Positions 1-9,512 of a stretch of 40,461 nt of DNA are shown in pieces. Position 1 is the stretch's first letter; every line of letters starts with the position of its first letter. This DNA is from a virus (Duplodnaviria; Caudoviricetes), in IMG/VR virus record IMGVR_UViG_3300014638_000005, positions 1 to 40,461 of that record; one strand, 5' to 3'. The notes below the pieces were generated by a model. It worked only from the letters and a program-made list of their open reading frames with translations. It ran no database searches and was not told where the DNA came from. The translations under genes and the position numbers were made by a program.

Positions 1-328
1 TCTCGATCTCCGACGTCGCCGTCCCGAACGGGTTGAGCGACAGCGGTGCCCCCATCAGAAAGCTCTCGACCGCGCCCTGCAACGACTTCTCGACGTCGCC
101 GACAACGTCGGCCTGATGGATGTTCCAAAAATTCTCAAAAATATGATATTTGGCTTCGAGGATTTCCGCCACGTCGCCCGTCGTCAGGTTCACGTACTTC
201 GCCCGCCATCGTTTCGCAATCTTTGCCCGCGGCCTTTTCGGCGGACGCTTCGGAGCTTTCCGCTGCGGCCCGGTCGGCTGCGGAGGAAGGTAAGCGATGT
301 CGATCACGCCAAGGTGCAAAATAGGCAT
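1..328 (-). CDS. Partial phage neck/head-tail completion-type protein (runs off the left edge; not in the ORF track)
   Basis: Manual translation from ATG at 328: MPILHLGVIDIAY...TTGDVAEILEAKYHIFENF...SLQGAVESFLMGAP, open to the window edge; resembles the virion gene that follows DUF4054-like adaptors in this phage architecture. Confidence 0.7.
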   Translation of the reverse strand, partial: MPILHLGVIDIAYLPPQPTGPQRKAPKRPPKRPRAKIAKRWRAKYVNLTTGDVAEILEAKYHIFENFWNIHQADVVGDVEKSLQGAVESFLMGAPLSLNPFGTATSEIE

Positions 329-448
329 ATCGCCTTATACACCAGCCTCGCGCCGTTGTCGCAGCAATCTCATAGTCTCAGTCGCATACCGCTCGATGAT
401 GATGCGCAGGCGTCAGCCATAGCATGAAAATGGGCCAGTGAGCAGCCA

Positions 449-1342
449 TCAAGTAACACCAAATCCCATCGCGTTAATCTGCTTGATGTCCAAGGGCGTC
501 AAATACTGGTAAGTGCCGCCCTCGTAGTATTCATCGAACGGATCGTTTGGTTGATTTGAGTTCAAGAAGTCAGTTGGATCGAAAGATGTTCCATACTGAG
601 CCAGCACTGTGTTGCCGTTGTCTAATGAAAAATATGAAGATGGCGCCGGCGGGCTGTTGTAGCCATACAGACGAGTACCGGCACTAGCGAACCGGAATAA
701 TGTCATAATGCCCGTTAAGGAGGTGTTGTCGAAAAAAACTCTGCCCATGGCGTGAGCTATTTCTTGGAGCGCCGAACCAACTATATATGTCGCGGAGGTA
801 TCTTTATCGAAAGATATGTCTCCATCTATCCCTGGGTCAGTGGGGCTGACATACCCAGTTTGTCCAGAAGTGATGTAGCCTGCCTGCGACATTGCTTTCA
901 GCTGCGCATTCCAAACCCCAACTGTAGTCGGAGCGCTTCCTGATCCGGGAGTCGGTAGATTGGCCGGGCCGGGAGACTGCAGGATCGACATGAGGTAGGA
1001 GTAAACGACTGAGTACGCAATGTATGCTCCACCTCCAGGGGCGCCGCCATCATTGCCGCCAGTGCCGTTAAGACAGGACGTAGTCAGGTTCACCGTAATA
1101 GGATTAGTCACAACAGCTTCAATCATGTTAGCGGCTGATTGTATGAGACTTTCAAATTGTGCTGCGCCGCCACTACCGAGCCAAATCGACTGAGTGCCGT
1201 TGAATTGCAGGTTTACAGTAAGCCCGTTCCCAGGCGCGCTGCCGTAAGTCTGGAACATTGCAAAATTCGCATGTGCTGGTCTGGCGCACATGCCGGACGC
1301 CGCTGTAGCAGCTAACAATCGGCGTCGTGAAATGCGACGCAT
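449..1342 (-). CDS. Tat-signal-like zincin metalloprotease-like protein (NF038122-like) with a variant QExxH motif
   Basis: N-terminus MRRISRRRLLAATAA..PAHA; motifs ALQEIAHAMGR, TLFRF, YFSLDNG, DIKQINAMG. Confidence 0.6.
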   Translation of the reverse strand: MRRISRRRLLAATAASGMCARPAHANFAMFQTYGSAPGNGLTVNLQFNGTQSIWLGSGGAAQFESLIQSAANMIEAVVTNPITVNLTTSCLNGTGGNDGGAPGGGAYIAYSVVYSYLMSILQSPGPANLPTPGSGSAPTTVGVWNAQLKAMSQAGYITSGQTGYVSPTDPGIDGDISFDKDTSATYIVGSALQEIAHAMGRVFFDNTSLTGIMTLFRFASAGTRLYGYNSPPAPSSYFSLDNGNTVLAQYGTSFDPTDFLNSNQPNDPFDEYYEGGTYQYLTPLDIKQINAMGFGVT

Positions 1343-2716
1343 TCACAGCCCCGCCTGGAATAAACCAGCTAGTACGCCGTAGCCGAGATTGGTCAGATGC
1401 GGGCCGCCGCCGCCACCGGCAAAATATGTTGGATTTGCCGCCTGCGCACCGGCAACACCGATGAAAGTATTGTTGTGGATCGGCACATAACTGTCGGCGT
1501 TCGGATGCGAGCCGTCGCAGGCGGTATCATACAGCGCGCGGTCGGTTTCGGTCGTGCTGTCGTCATCCGATGTACCGAATACCGTCTTGACGTTCGACCC
1601 CATAGCGGTCTTGCGCGCCAAAAGGTACGCCATGCTGTTGTTGTACGGCCCCGATGGTGCAGCCGCCTGATTGTACCACTCGAAGCAGCACAGCTTGATC
1701 GGCATACCGAATATGACAGGCAGCGGATCGATCCACGTCGGCGCCAGTGTGGTCATGTCGCTCATCTTGGCACCGGATTTGCCGAGATTCATCCATTGAC
1801 CGTAGGAGAGACTGAGCGACGTAGCCATTTGTGCCGGGTAACTGCCCAGGCCAGTCTCGCCCGATCCAGCCGTCACGCTGTCGCCGTCACAGACCAGCAT
1901 CGAAGTCAGCCCGGACCACGGCAACGCTTGCGCATATTTGTTGGCGGCCCAAATTTGCAAGTTTGCAATATCAGGCGGGAGCAGCGATACGTTCCACACC
2001 AGAATGTCGTAGATGTCGCCATTGAAATAATCGACCGACTGCAAGGCGGCATTCCCACCAATGCAGATTGTTGTTCCAAGTGTAGTTGGCGGGAGATTGA
2101 CCATACCGGCTACGCCGCCATTTAGCGCAGTCACACCCGCTGGATTTGCACCCGACCAGGGTGGTGTTTTTATACTGGAACAACAATAAGTGACAAGGTT
2201 GGACGAACTCGTCGCCAGTGGAAATATGTTATTGAGAATTGGACCAATATGAACACCGTCGGCAACATGAGCCATTCCAGTGCTGCTGCTGTCCAAGGAA
2301 CCAATCATTACGCCTTGCGGGCTTGTCGCCGTTACCTTCATCACCACAGCCACGGTGCAAATCTGACTGTCCAGTGCGGTTTGAAGCGCGCCAGGAGTCG
2401 CGATGGTCAAGGCACTCGTGCTAAACCGCGCGCATTGCAGGCCGCCAGCTTGAGCGGTTTCCAGAAGCGGCTGGCGCGCGCTAGTTCCCTGCGCAGCAAC
2501 TATGCTGTTGACGCTATCTGTCCATGACGAAATGGAACTGCCGCTGGAGCCGGTGAGCGTCTGCGCGTCAAAGTGAGCAACGAGGCTGGCCTGTTGCGGT
2601 ATTTGTATTTGAGGCGGTGACAAATAGGTTGCCGGTAAGAAGAAGGTAGGTGCGATAAGCCTGCGCGCGGGTATGACAAACGGCGCTCGCGTGATGAATT
2701 TCCTGCGAGTGAACAC
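1343..2716 (-). CDS. LamG/concanavalin-like domain + SGNH/GDSL hydrolase-like protein
   Basis: Probable GTG start overlapping the upstream TAG (TAGTG); TRRKF N-terminus; AHFDAQTL..SWTDS and YFNGDIYDILVW (LamG-like); GDSVTAG, GKSG, PHLT.LGY (SGNH blocks). Confidence 0.7.
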   Translation of the reverse strand: MFTRRKFITRAPFVIPARRLIAPTFFLPATYLSPPQIQIPQQASLVAHFDAQTLTGSSGSSISSWTDSVNSIVAAQGTSARQPLLETAQAGGLQCARFSTSALTIATPGALQTALDSQICTVAVVMKVTATSPQGVMIGSLDSSSTGMAHVADGVHIGPILNNIFPLATSSSNLVTYCCSSIKTPPWSGANPAGVTALNGGVAGMVNLPPTTLGTTICIGGNAALQSVDYFNGDIYDILVWNVSLLPPDIANLQIWAANKYAQALPWSGLTSMLVCDGDSVTAGSGETGLGSYPAQMATSLSLSYGQWMNLGKSGAKMSDMTTLAPTWIDPLPVIFGMPIKLCCFEWYNQAAAPSGPYNNSMAYLLARKTAMGSNVKTVFGTSDDDSTTETDRALYDTACDGSHPNADSYVPIHNNTFIGVAGAQAANPTYFAGGGGGPHLTNLGYGVLAGLFQAGL

Positions 2717-3960
2717 TAGAAAACGCCATAGGCTGCACGTTGGTTGGTATTCAGTGCCGAGAAATTTCCGCTTTGGTCGCCGGAAGCAATGCCGGCTTCG
2801 CAAATTGTCCCGGTAAAATAGTTGACACCGATGACGTGGCCGAGATTTAGATGCTCGCTGCTGTAACCGCTCGACCCCATAACCAGACCGGACGTGAGCG
2901 CGCCATTTATCATAATTGCGGATGATGAACCGCTTACCAAGCCATTAACGGCATAGGTTGTGCCGTCGGTTTCCGCCACGGTATTTGATGCCGTTCCAGC
3001 ATAGAAATATAATTTTGCGCTTGTAGCAAATCCGAACTCCGTATTCAGATTTGTGTCGGCGCCAATTACAATTCCGGTTGTGGCTGCTGATGTATGATTG
3101 GCAACAAATGAGACGCTGAGGGTTTGCGCTTGAGTAAATGAACCGGAATTGTCGATGCCTGTGTCGTTTGCCGCTAGATACGTCGCACAAGTAGCCGAAC
3201 CGTTGAAAGAGTTATTGATCTTTGGCTGCTTGGCTTGGGTGGCTTGAACCAGATTGCAGGCCGCACTTGAGCAATTCGTCTTGCCACTTTGATCGTACAA
3301 TTCTTCGAGATAGCAAGCCACGGCGCAGGTCGTTAGAAGTGCCGAGCAGACATTGCCTGTAATAAAGGTGCAATCCGTTGCGCTGCCATCGGCGGTAATC
3401 GCGCCGCCAGAGCATTGCAATCGCGTACCGAGCGTAGCGCCTGCATTTTGAATGTCCGCGACATTCCCAGAATAGGCTGCGCTAAAGCAGCGAAATCCCC
3501 ACCATGCTTTCCAAGTCGTAATGCTGCAACAGTCTCCGGGGCCTGCGTAGGCGGCCGAAACCGTTATCGTGAACGACGAGCCGCAGTTCGCTGTGTTGCT
3601 AAGGCTATCGGTAACCGTGACTTGGATGCCGGGATAGGTCGCGCCGCCGCTGTCAACACTATCCGTTCCGCTGATAACGCCTGTGCTTGACGAAATCGAG
3701 AAGCCCGGAGGAAGCGTGCCGGTTTGCGAGAATGTATAGGACGGCGTTCCTCCTGATGCGGACGGCGTTGCGCCTGTATAGGCGACGTTGTAGGTCGCGG
3801 ATGTGATGGGGGTGTAGCTGCACGCGAGCGCGCCGCCAGTCGAGATGCTGATATTGTAGTTGCTATCCCGCGACTGCCAGAACGCGCTCGTGCGCTCGCT
3901 CTGACTTATGCAGACGATGCCTGCCAGTAGCAGACACCAGATGAGCAGCGCGCGGCGCAT
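2716..3960 (-). CDS. Secreted-type protein with Ig-like (He_PIG-type) domain and C-terminal lectin/LamG-like domain
   Basis: Hydrophobic signal peptide; ASGGTPSYTFSQTGTLPPGFSISSSTGVISGT...QVTVTDS is the putative-Ig pattern; AWWGFR, LYDQSG, YFTGTICEAG, NQRAAYG. Confidence 0.65.
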   Translation of the reverse strand: MRRALLIWCLLLAGIVCISQSERTSAFWQSRDSNYNISISTGGALACSYTPITSATYNVAYTGATPSASGGTPSYTFSQTGTLPPGFSISSSTGVISGTDSVDSGGATYPGIQVTVTDSLSNTANCGSSFTITVSAAYAGPGDCCSITTWKAWWGFRCFSAAYSGNVADIQNAGATLGTRLQCSGGAITADGSATDCTFITGNVCSALLTTCAVACYLEELYDQSGKTNCSSAACNLVQATQAKQPKINNSFNGSATCATYLAANDTGIDNSGSFTQAQTLSVSFVANHTSAATTGIVIGADTNLNTEFGFATSAKLYFYAGTASNTVAETDGTTYAVNGLVSGSSSAIMINGALTSGLVMGSSGYSSEHLNLGHVIGVNYFTGTICEAGIASGDQSGNFSALNTNQRAAYGVF

Positions 3961-5171
3961 TAGAGCGTATATCCACCGGCTGAGACGGAGACTGTCCCGC
4001 CGCTACCCGGAGCGGCAGAGACGACGGCGATGCCGGTATTGACGGCGCTCGCTGGCACGCAGGGGTTAAAGACCATTTCGGTCACGCCCAAGCCGCTAGC
4101 CAGCGGCGCGGTCCATTGGGTGAAGTTGAGCGTGCCGGTGATCGTGCCGGTCACGGTTGCATTGCCGGTCGCCGCGGCCGTTGCGTTGGCGCGGATCGAC
4201 ATCCAGCAAATGTACGTCGTGACCGATGCGCCCGTGGCAAGTGTTGCCGTCGTGGCGCCGGTCGTACCTGTGGCGGATACCGTGATCGGGGTCGAACCCG
4301 CCGGATACTGGCTGCCCGATAGTACGCCGCCGCGAGCAGATACCTGGACCGCCGCCTGCTGGCCAGTGGTCAGCGTCGGCGCGGTGGAAGTATAGATGCC
4401 TCCCACAAGTGCCGAACTCGCCGCCGCCGTTCCCGCCGCCTTCGTGCCGATGATCGTGAGCAGATCAACTTGTGAGCCGGTGGCAAAAGCACCCGAAGCA
4501 AACGCCCCGCTCGCTGCCTTGGTTGCGACGGCCGCCTGATCGCTGGCGATGACAACCGGCGAACTGTTTGCGCTCGTCGCACTGCCATTGGCGTTCGTAT
4601 TATCAACCGTCGTATGCACTGAGCCAGCCGCCGTGCATTGCACCGCGCCGGAATTGCCGGTCGTGTAGGTCGGCGGGCTGGAGAGGAATTCACAGCCGGA
4701 GAGAAAAGCATTTGTGGGCGAGCTGGTCGTGCCGCCGATCGGCGTCAGACCCCACGTTGCAATCGTATTCGGATCGACCTTGCCGATGGCCGTCGTGCCG
4801 CTCGCTTGCAGTGTTGCTTGCACGGCGAAGGTGCCACCGTTGCTGACGACCCACGGCGACGTGCCCTGGTTAACTTCGCCGATGACTTTCGTGGTTTCGG
4901 CGTTGAGGATCACTGGGATATTGATGCCGCCACTTACTCCCTGAATCGGGAGCGCGAATGACGAATTGCCGGTGCCCGGTGCCGTGGCGAGCGCGTTGCC
5001 CGACGTGTCGCCGAGTATAACGATGACCGATTGAACACCGCTGCCGACATCTTTCGATCGTTCCACAACTCCGGTTCCGGGCGTCAGAACAATCGCGTTG
5101 TCCGCCGCCCAGGCCGTAGTGGCGATGAGCTGGAGTGCGAGCGCGAAAGCGGCTGCGATTTGGCGGATCAT
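3960..5171 (-). CDS. Signal-peptide-bearing Ala/Gly/Thr/Ser-rich fibre-like protein
   Basis: Start MIRQIAAAFALALQLIATTAWA/ADN; low-complexity beta-rich composition; stop coupled to the next gene. Confidence 0.65.
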   Translation of the reverse strand: MIRQIAAAFALALQLIATTAWAADNAIVLTPGTGVVERSKDVGSGVQSVIVILGDTSGNALATAPGTGNSSFALPIQGVSGGINIPVILNAETTKVIGEVNQGTSPWVVSNGGTFAVQATLQASGTTAIGKVDPNTIATWGLTPIGGTTSSPTNAFLSGCEFLSSPPTYTTGNSGAVQCTAAGSVHTTVDNTNANGSATSANSSPVVIASDQAAVATKAASGAFASGAFATGSQVDLLTIIGTKAAGTAAASSALVGGIYTSTAPTLTTGQQAAVQVSARGGVLSGSQYPAGSTPITVSATGTTGATTATLATGASVTTYICWMSIRANATAAATGNATVTGTITGTLNFTQWTAPLASGLGVTEMVFNPCVPASAVNTGIAVVSAAPGSGGTVSVSAGGYTL

Positions 5172-5172
5172 C

Positions 5173-5454
5173 TCAGTTCTCCGGTGACGGCGTGACCGCA
5201 GGCGGGGCGGTCGCTGGAGCTGGTTGCGCGGCAGATGGCGCCGAAGGCGGCATAGGCGGCGGCGCCAGTTGCGCATTGACCTGTCCGATCATCTTCTGCA
5301 TCAGCGGGTTTACGTCCCTCCAAGGGTGTTCCCCGACCGCATTTATCGCAGCCTGCGCTTCGGACACGCTCAAAGTGAAAGTGATGGTTTTTTCCTGCGC
5401 CAACGCAGGCGACACAAGAACAGAAATCAGGAGCGCGGCGGCAAGATGCTTCAC
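5173..5454 (-). CDS. Small secreted-type protein with Pro-rich tail
   Basis: MKHLAAALLISVLVSPALA/QE signal peptide; GTGA overlap with upstream gene. Confidence 0.65.
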   Translation of the reverse strand: MKHLAAALLISVLVSPALAQEKTITFTLSVSEAQAAINAVGEHPWRDVNPLMQKMIGQVNAQLAPPPMPPSAPSAAQPAPATAPPAVTPSPEN

Positions 5455-5693
5455 AGGATCGCTCCGATATACTGGCTGTTGCAGGATTGAGTGAAATCAA
5501 GACTGTTCGAGCAGGCCGGCGGAGGAGGAAAGACTCCCCCGGTCGTCCCCGGAACCATCGGACCGCCGAGACCGACCATTGGCGCGCCGGCCGTCGGGTA
5601 AGGGATCATCGGCATCACGCGCGCCAAGGCGACGATCACCCCGAAGACGATGATGACCGAAACGGCCGCGACGATGAGGAGGAGGCGGATCAT
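5451..5693 (-). CDS. Small membrane/secreted protein
   Basis: Hydrophobic N-terminus; C-terminal CSNSLDFTQSCNSQY; coupled start/stop overlaps. Confidence 0.6.
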   Translation of the reverse strand: MIRLLLIVAAVSVIIVFGVIVALARVMPMIPYPTAGAPMVGLGGPMVPGTTGGVFPPPPACSNSLDFTQSCNSQYIGAIL

Positions 5694-6274
5694 TTATAGA
5701 GGCTCACTCCAAGGACCGCACCGGATGTCTGCTGGATGAATTGAAGCGTCACGTTCGAGAACTTCCCGGTGTATGGGATGCAGTTTCCCGACGCGATGCC
5801 TTGGCCGCCAGTCCCGAGCGTCGCCGTCGGCGCCACCCCGTCGTCGCGATAGTTGATCGCCTGCGTATATGCGCAGAACACCGCGTAGGTCACCGTCGCT
5901 CCAGGTCCCGCCGTGATGGTCTGCGCGCTCGACGTCACCACGTTGTTCGTGCTGTAGCGCCCGGCACCGCCGAGAACCTCTCCGGATAGAAGCGGCGTGA
6001 TCTGTCCCTGGATTGAGGTGCTGGCTGGGACGCCGGTGCCGGTGATCACGTCGCCCTGCGAGATCAAGCCCGTCACCGCGCTCGCGGTCATCTGGTGGCT
6101 CGACCCCGTCCCGGTGAACGTCGCCAAGGGGCAGTTCGCCGGCGCCAGCGCCGTAGCCGATGACATAGACGACACCGAGCAGAAGCCGAGCGGCTGCTGG
6201 TTGACAGGGCTCTGTGCGAAAGCCGGCGTGATCCAGAGGACCGCCGCTGCGGCGAGGCTAATCAGTCTTCGCAT
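5690..6274 (-). CDS. Signal-peptide-bearing virion-like protein
   Basis: AAGGAG SD; MRRLISLAAAAVLWITPAFA/Q; YRDDGVAPTA motif plus an FTGT...ITGTGVPAST...GRYS beta module of the kind seen in phage structural proteins. Confidence 0.65.
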   Translation of the reverse strand: MRRLISLAAAAVLWITPAFAQSPVNQQPLGFCSVSSMSSATALAPANCPLATFTGTGSSHQMTASAVTGLISQGDVITGTGVPASTSIQGQITPLLSGEVLGGAGRYSTNNVVTSSAQTITAGPGATVTYAVFCAYTQAINYRDDGVAPTATLGTGGQGIASGNCIPYTGKFSNVTLQFIQQTSGAVLGVSLYK

Positions 6275-6521
6275 CGGATGGCTCCTTGATGCCAAGAATC
6301 TTCCGCGCGTCGGTGTCGGACATCGTCGCGTCCGCGGCCTTATCGGTGATCACGCGGGCGAGTTCGACTAGGTTGAGACCCCCGGTAGCATAGAGGCGCT
6401 CAAGCGGCTGATGATGATTCTGCATCGCGCGGGAGCGATGCGGCTCGAGCAAGGACCACGGCACGCTCGCCGGCTCGCCCTCCTTTGGGTCTTTGATCGG
6501 AAACGTCATGCCGAGGGTCAC
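6258..6521 (-). CDS. Small hypothetical phage protein
   Basis: GGGAGG SD before GTG; VPWSLLEPH...NHHQPLERL...GGL pattern. Confidence 0.55.
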   Translation of the reverse strand: MTLGMTFPIKDPKEGEPASVPWSLLEPHRSRAMQNHHQPLERLYATGGLNLVELARVITDKAADATMSDTDARKILGIKEPSDAKTD

Positions 6522-6586
6522 GTTGAGCCTCCCGCCTAGTGATCGCGCCGCAGTATAACGCGGCCATTGAAGATTGCACGCGCGGC

Positions 6587-7129
6587 TTAGGACAGCCCCC
6601 ATGTCGTCGGCCCTGCTGACTGAGCAAAGGCGAGATATTGCCGGCCGTATGGATTCTTCAAGTTCTGCAAGTCGGATAGGACGAACATCTTTGCCGCGTC
6701 CATGACAACTAGCGACGTTGAGGTTGATTCATCAGCCGTAGATTGGACCACGCCAGAGACGAAGGCGTTGATCTGCCATTGCTGTCGCGAATACGCGAAA
6801 AATGGAAGCCCGTTAGGGTTTCGGTCACTGATGCTCCCCGGGACGATCGTAGCGCCGGGAAGGTCCTGCGCGAAGGACAACAGATTCGATCCGGCCAGAT
6901 TGTAGACCGCAAGGACGTAGACCGTGATCCCGCCGGAGTTCAGCGAGACGCCCGCGGCGTCGGCCGACGGGATAGGCACCGCGCAGAGCTGCTGGTTGAC
7001 GATCCCCATCGCGACCGCGAGCGCGAACGGGATGACCGGCGAATCGGCGGGCAATACCGTCGTCGATATGCCCATCGTCTGAGTTATGAAATTTTGAAAC
7101 CCAGCAAGGGTCGGTTGCGGTGCCGCCAT
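6587..7129 (-). CDS. Head-tail adaptor, DUF4054-like
   Basis: AVYNLAG, SGVVQSTADESTSTS, LQNLKNPYGRQY motifs; position two genes after the capsid gene. Confidence 0.65.
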   Translation of the reverse strand: MAAPQPTLAGFQNFITQTMGISTTVLPADSPVIPFALAVAMGIVNQQLCAVPIPSADAAGVSLNSGGITVYVLAVYNLAGSNLLSFAQDLPGATIVPGSISDRNPNGLPFFAYSRQQWQINAFVSGVVQSTADESTSTSLVVMDAAKMFVLSDLQNLKNPYGRQYLAFAQSAGPTTWGLS

Positions 7130-7136
7130 CCCGACC

Positions 7137-7709
7137 TCAGTTCTTCCGGCGCTTGCCGCTCTTCTTGCCCGCCGGGTTCGGGACGACGTGGAAACCCTCC
7201 TCGACGCGCTTCTCGCCGGCCTCGGAGACCTCGAGCTGCTCGAAGGTCACGTCGGTCTTGTCGGCCGGCTCCGTCGGGATGCCCTGCATGGCGAACTGGT
7301 CCGCCACGACCTTCTGGACCGTCTCGTTCGTCGCCACCGCGGCCTTCTTTCGAAGTTCGCGGCCCTGCCCGACCAGCACGCCGGCGTTGTTGTCGCGGAC
7401 CTTCTCCATGACGGAGGTCGGGACAGGCTTGTCGGTGTTGTAGATCAGCTCGTGCACGCGCCCGTCCAGGCGGCCAGTGTCGACGACGCCGATCATGCCG
7501 TAGGGAACGAGTTGGTCGACGATGTCCGTGATCTGGCTCGGGTGGAAGTCGCCGCCGATCTGGACCTGCCGCCCGGCGGGTATCTTCTGCTGCTTCGCCA
7601 TTTGGAAGCGGCGGTTGCCGTCTTTCAGGTTCCCGTCCTTGTCGAAGTCCAGACGATAACAGACGATGTGATCCTTCCGCGAACAGTTGGCTATGAATAA
7701 GAGGCTCAT
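7137..7709 (-). CDS. Hypothetical virion-cluster protein
   Basis: Strong phage codon bias; directly downstream of the capsid gene. Confidence 0.7.
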   Translation of the reverse strand: MSLLFIANCSRKDHIVCYRLDFDKDGNLKDGNRRFQMAKQQKIPAGRQVQIGGDFHPSQITDIVDQLVPYGMIGVVDTGRLDGRVHELIYNTDKPVPTSVMEKVRDNNAGVLVGQGRELRKKAAVATNETVQKVVADQFAMQGIPTEPADKTDVTFEQLEVSEAGEKRVEEGFHVVPNPAGKKSGKRRKN

Positions 7710-7773
7710 GGTTCTCTCGCTTCCCTGTTGAAAGTCTTCGCGCGGGTCGGCCTTGTCGCCTTCCTATTTCGTC

Positions 7774-7791
7774 GGGTGAAAGCACCCTTTT
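7774..7791. terminator. Short hairpin GGGTG-AAAG-CACCC-TTTT downstream of the capsid gene
   Basis: 5-bp stem; the U-tract is on the + strand only. Confidence 0.3.
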
Positions 7792-7807
7792 GTTCGCTCG
7801 CGCTGAC

Positions 7808-8833
7808 TCACTGATAGCGCATCGATACGACTTCGACGCACGTGGGCCGCGGCGTCCAGCCGCTCGATATACGCCATTCCTGCACCATGTCGGTCGCGCC
7901 GCCGGCGAGCGGGGAGATGATCTCGCGCGGGGCGGCCATGTCGCAGTACTGCGTCACGGTGACCTTGGAGGCCGGCATCAGCGAGGCGAAGATGTTGGTG
8001 TCGACCGGCTTCGATGCCTGGTCGGGGACGTCGAGCTCGGTCATCGCGATGATCACCGCGTCCGTCCCGCCGGAGCCGGCACCGATGAGCGTGTCGTCGT
8101 AGCCCCACGTCACCGAGTCGCCGTTCGCCATCAGGATCTCCTCGAAGGTCCCCTTGGTCGACTGCGTGCCGGCGCCGACGCGCTGGTACTGAACGAGCTG
8201 CACGACGTTGTACTCGAACGAGCCGAGCGTCCGCTGCGGGCCGATGACCGCGAACTTCTTGCCCTTGCCCATCTGGAAGGTCGCCGTCTTGATCGCCTGG
8301 ACCTGCTGCGCGAGGAAGAACGCCATCTGGCCGTTGTCGTAGGTGACCACGGTGTCGTTGCCGAACGAGTCCGCCGGCAGGTTGATCGCCGTGATGCCCG
8401 TCGAGTTGAGAATGCCCTCGCCGTTCTGCGGGTTCATGCCGAACAAGGCGGCGTCCCGAGCAAGCTGGAAGTTCGCCTGCCGGCCGCCGAGGCGATATGC
8501 CTCCGGGACTGCGAAGCCCCACCGGGCGCCCGCAGCGACGTCGTGGTGGTTGTACTCGTTGCGGACCTGCAGGAGGTAGGTCGGCGCCGAGATCATGGTC
8601 GCCATCACATCGACGCTCGGGAACTCCTGGGCGCCGGTCTGCGAGGCCGCCATCCGGGTCCGCAGGTTCATCTGCTTCATGTAGACGAGGAGGTCGTCCT
8701 CCCCGAGCCGGACGCGAAGCTGCCCGCCCGAGAAGAGATCGACGAACTGGCTCGATTGATTGTACTGCATCAGCAGCTCAGGCTCGATGAACGAGGGGTT
8801 GAGCGTGATAAAAGCGTGTGCCTGCACAGACAT
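7808..8833 (-). CDS. Major capsid protein
   Basis: 341 aa; AAGGAG SD; NPSFIEPELLMQY, YCDMAAPREI, RISSGW motifs; position after protease/scaffold and decoration genes. Confidence 0.8.
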   Translation of the reverse strand: MSVQAHAFITLNPSFIEPELLMQYNQSSQFVDLFSGGQLRVRLGEDDLLVYMKQMNLRTRMAASQTGAQEFPSVDVMATMISAPTYLLQVRNEYNHHDVAAGARWGFAVPEAYRLGGRQANFQLARDAALFGMNPQNGEGILNSTGITAINLPADSFGNDTVVTYDNGQMAFFLAQQVQAIKTATFQMGKGKKFAVIGPQRTLGSFEYNVVQLVQYQRVGAGTQSTKGTFEEILMANGDSVTWGYDDTLIGAGSGGTDAVIIAMTELDVPDQASKPVDTNIFASLMPASKVTVTQYCDMAAPREIISPLAGGATDMVQEWRISSGWTPRPTCVEVVSMRYQ

Positions 8834-8850
8834 GGCTTGTTAACTCTCCT

Positions 8851-9498
8851 TTAAGCGGTAGCGAAAGCGAATTGCATGAGATCAGCAAATCGCTTCGCAT
8901 CCTGGGCGGCTCGGCGTTTCGGCGGCCACGGTTGACCACGCAACTTCTCGTTCATGATGGCACAGGCTTTGAGATCGCGTTCTCGTTGCGCCACTGAACG
9001 ATTTTCTCCAGTCCGACTGAAAACTTCAATCACACTGGGATGGGCAGGCTTTCCTACAAGCCGCCGCAAGTTCGAAGCGGACACGGCGGCGGAAAGATTC
9101 GGATGAAGCGGCTGGCCGCGCCTCCGCTCGTTCGCCCTAGCAAATCCAGCTTTCGACGCCGGATGGATCGGCTTCCCGCGACGGGTGTTCCCCTTGGCGA
9201 GATGAGCCGCTGCGATCAGAGCGGCATGTTTCAGCCGCGTATGACGGCCGCAATATCTCTCGACCGTCGTCATCTTCCAGAACGCGATCGCGCACCCGCC
9301 GCCGTGGATTTTTGCCAGTAGCAGATGGGCGAAGATGTGATCCGACGGAGTCAGGTTAACCAAGTTCTCCGGCGCATTCGTTCCTTTGAGACATTTTGGG
9401 ACGATGTGATGCCGCTCCATACCACGACGCTTCGCCGTGCCCGGATACTTGGCGAGCCGGTCGACGATGAAGGCGTCGTATATTTTGCGGTAGTCCAT
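8851..9498 (-). mobile_element. Free-standing HNH homing endonuclease
   Basis: MDYRKIYDAFI...ERHHIVPKCLKGTNAPENLVNLTPSDHIFAHLLL; basic repeats in the C-terminal half; lower GC than flanks. Confidence 0.85.
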
Positions 9499-9512
9499 GT
9501 CCCTAGCTTATC

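Noticed and set aside
46-427. Plus-strand ORFs 46-324 and 116-427
   Set aside because: Shadows of the minus-strand virion gene starting at 328
7790-8854. Long antisense ORFs over the capsid gene (likewise 10497-11432 and 14237-15319)
   Set aside because: Typical in-register shadows in high-GC DNA; unlike 17956-18693 they show no domain motifs, SD or sense-like codon usage
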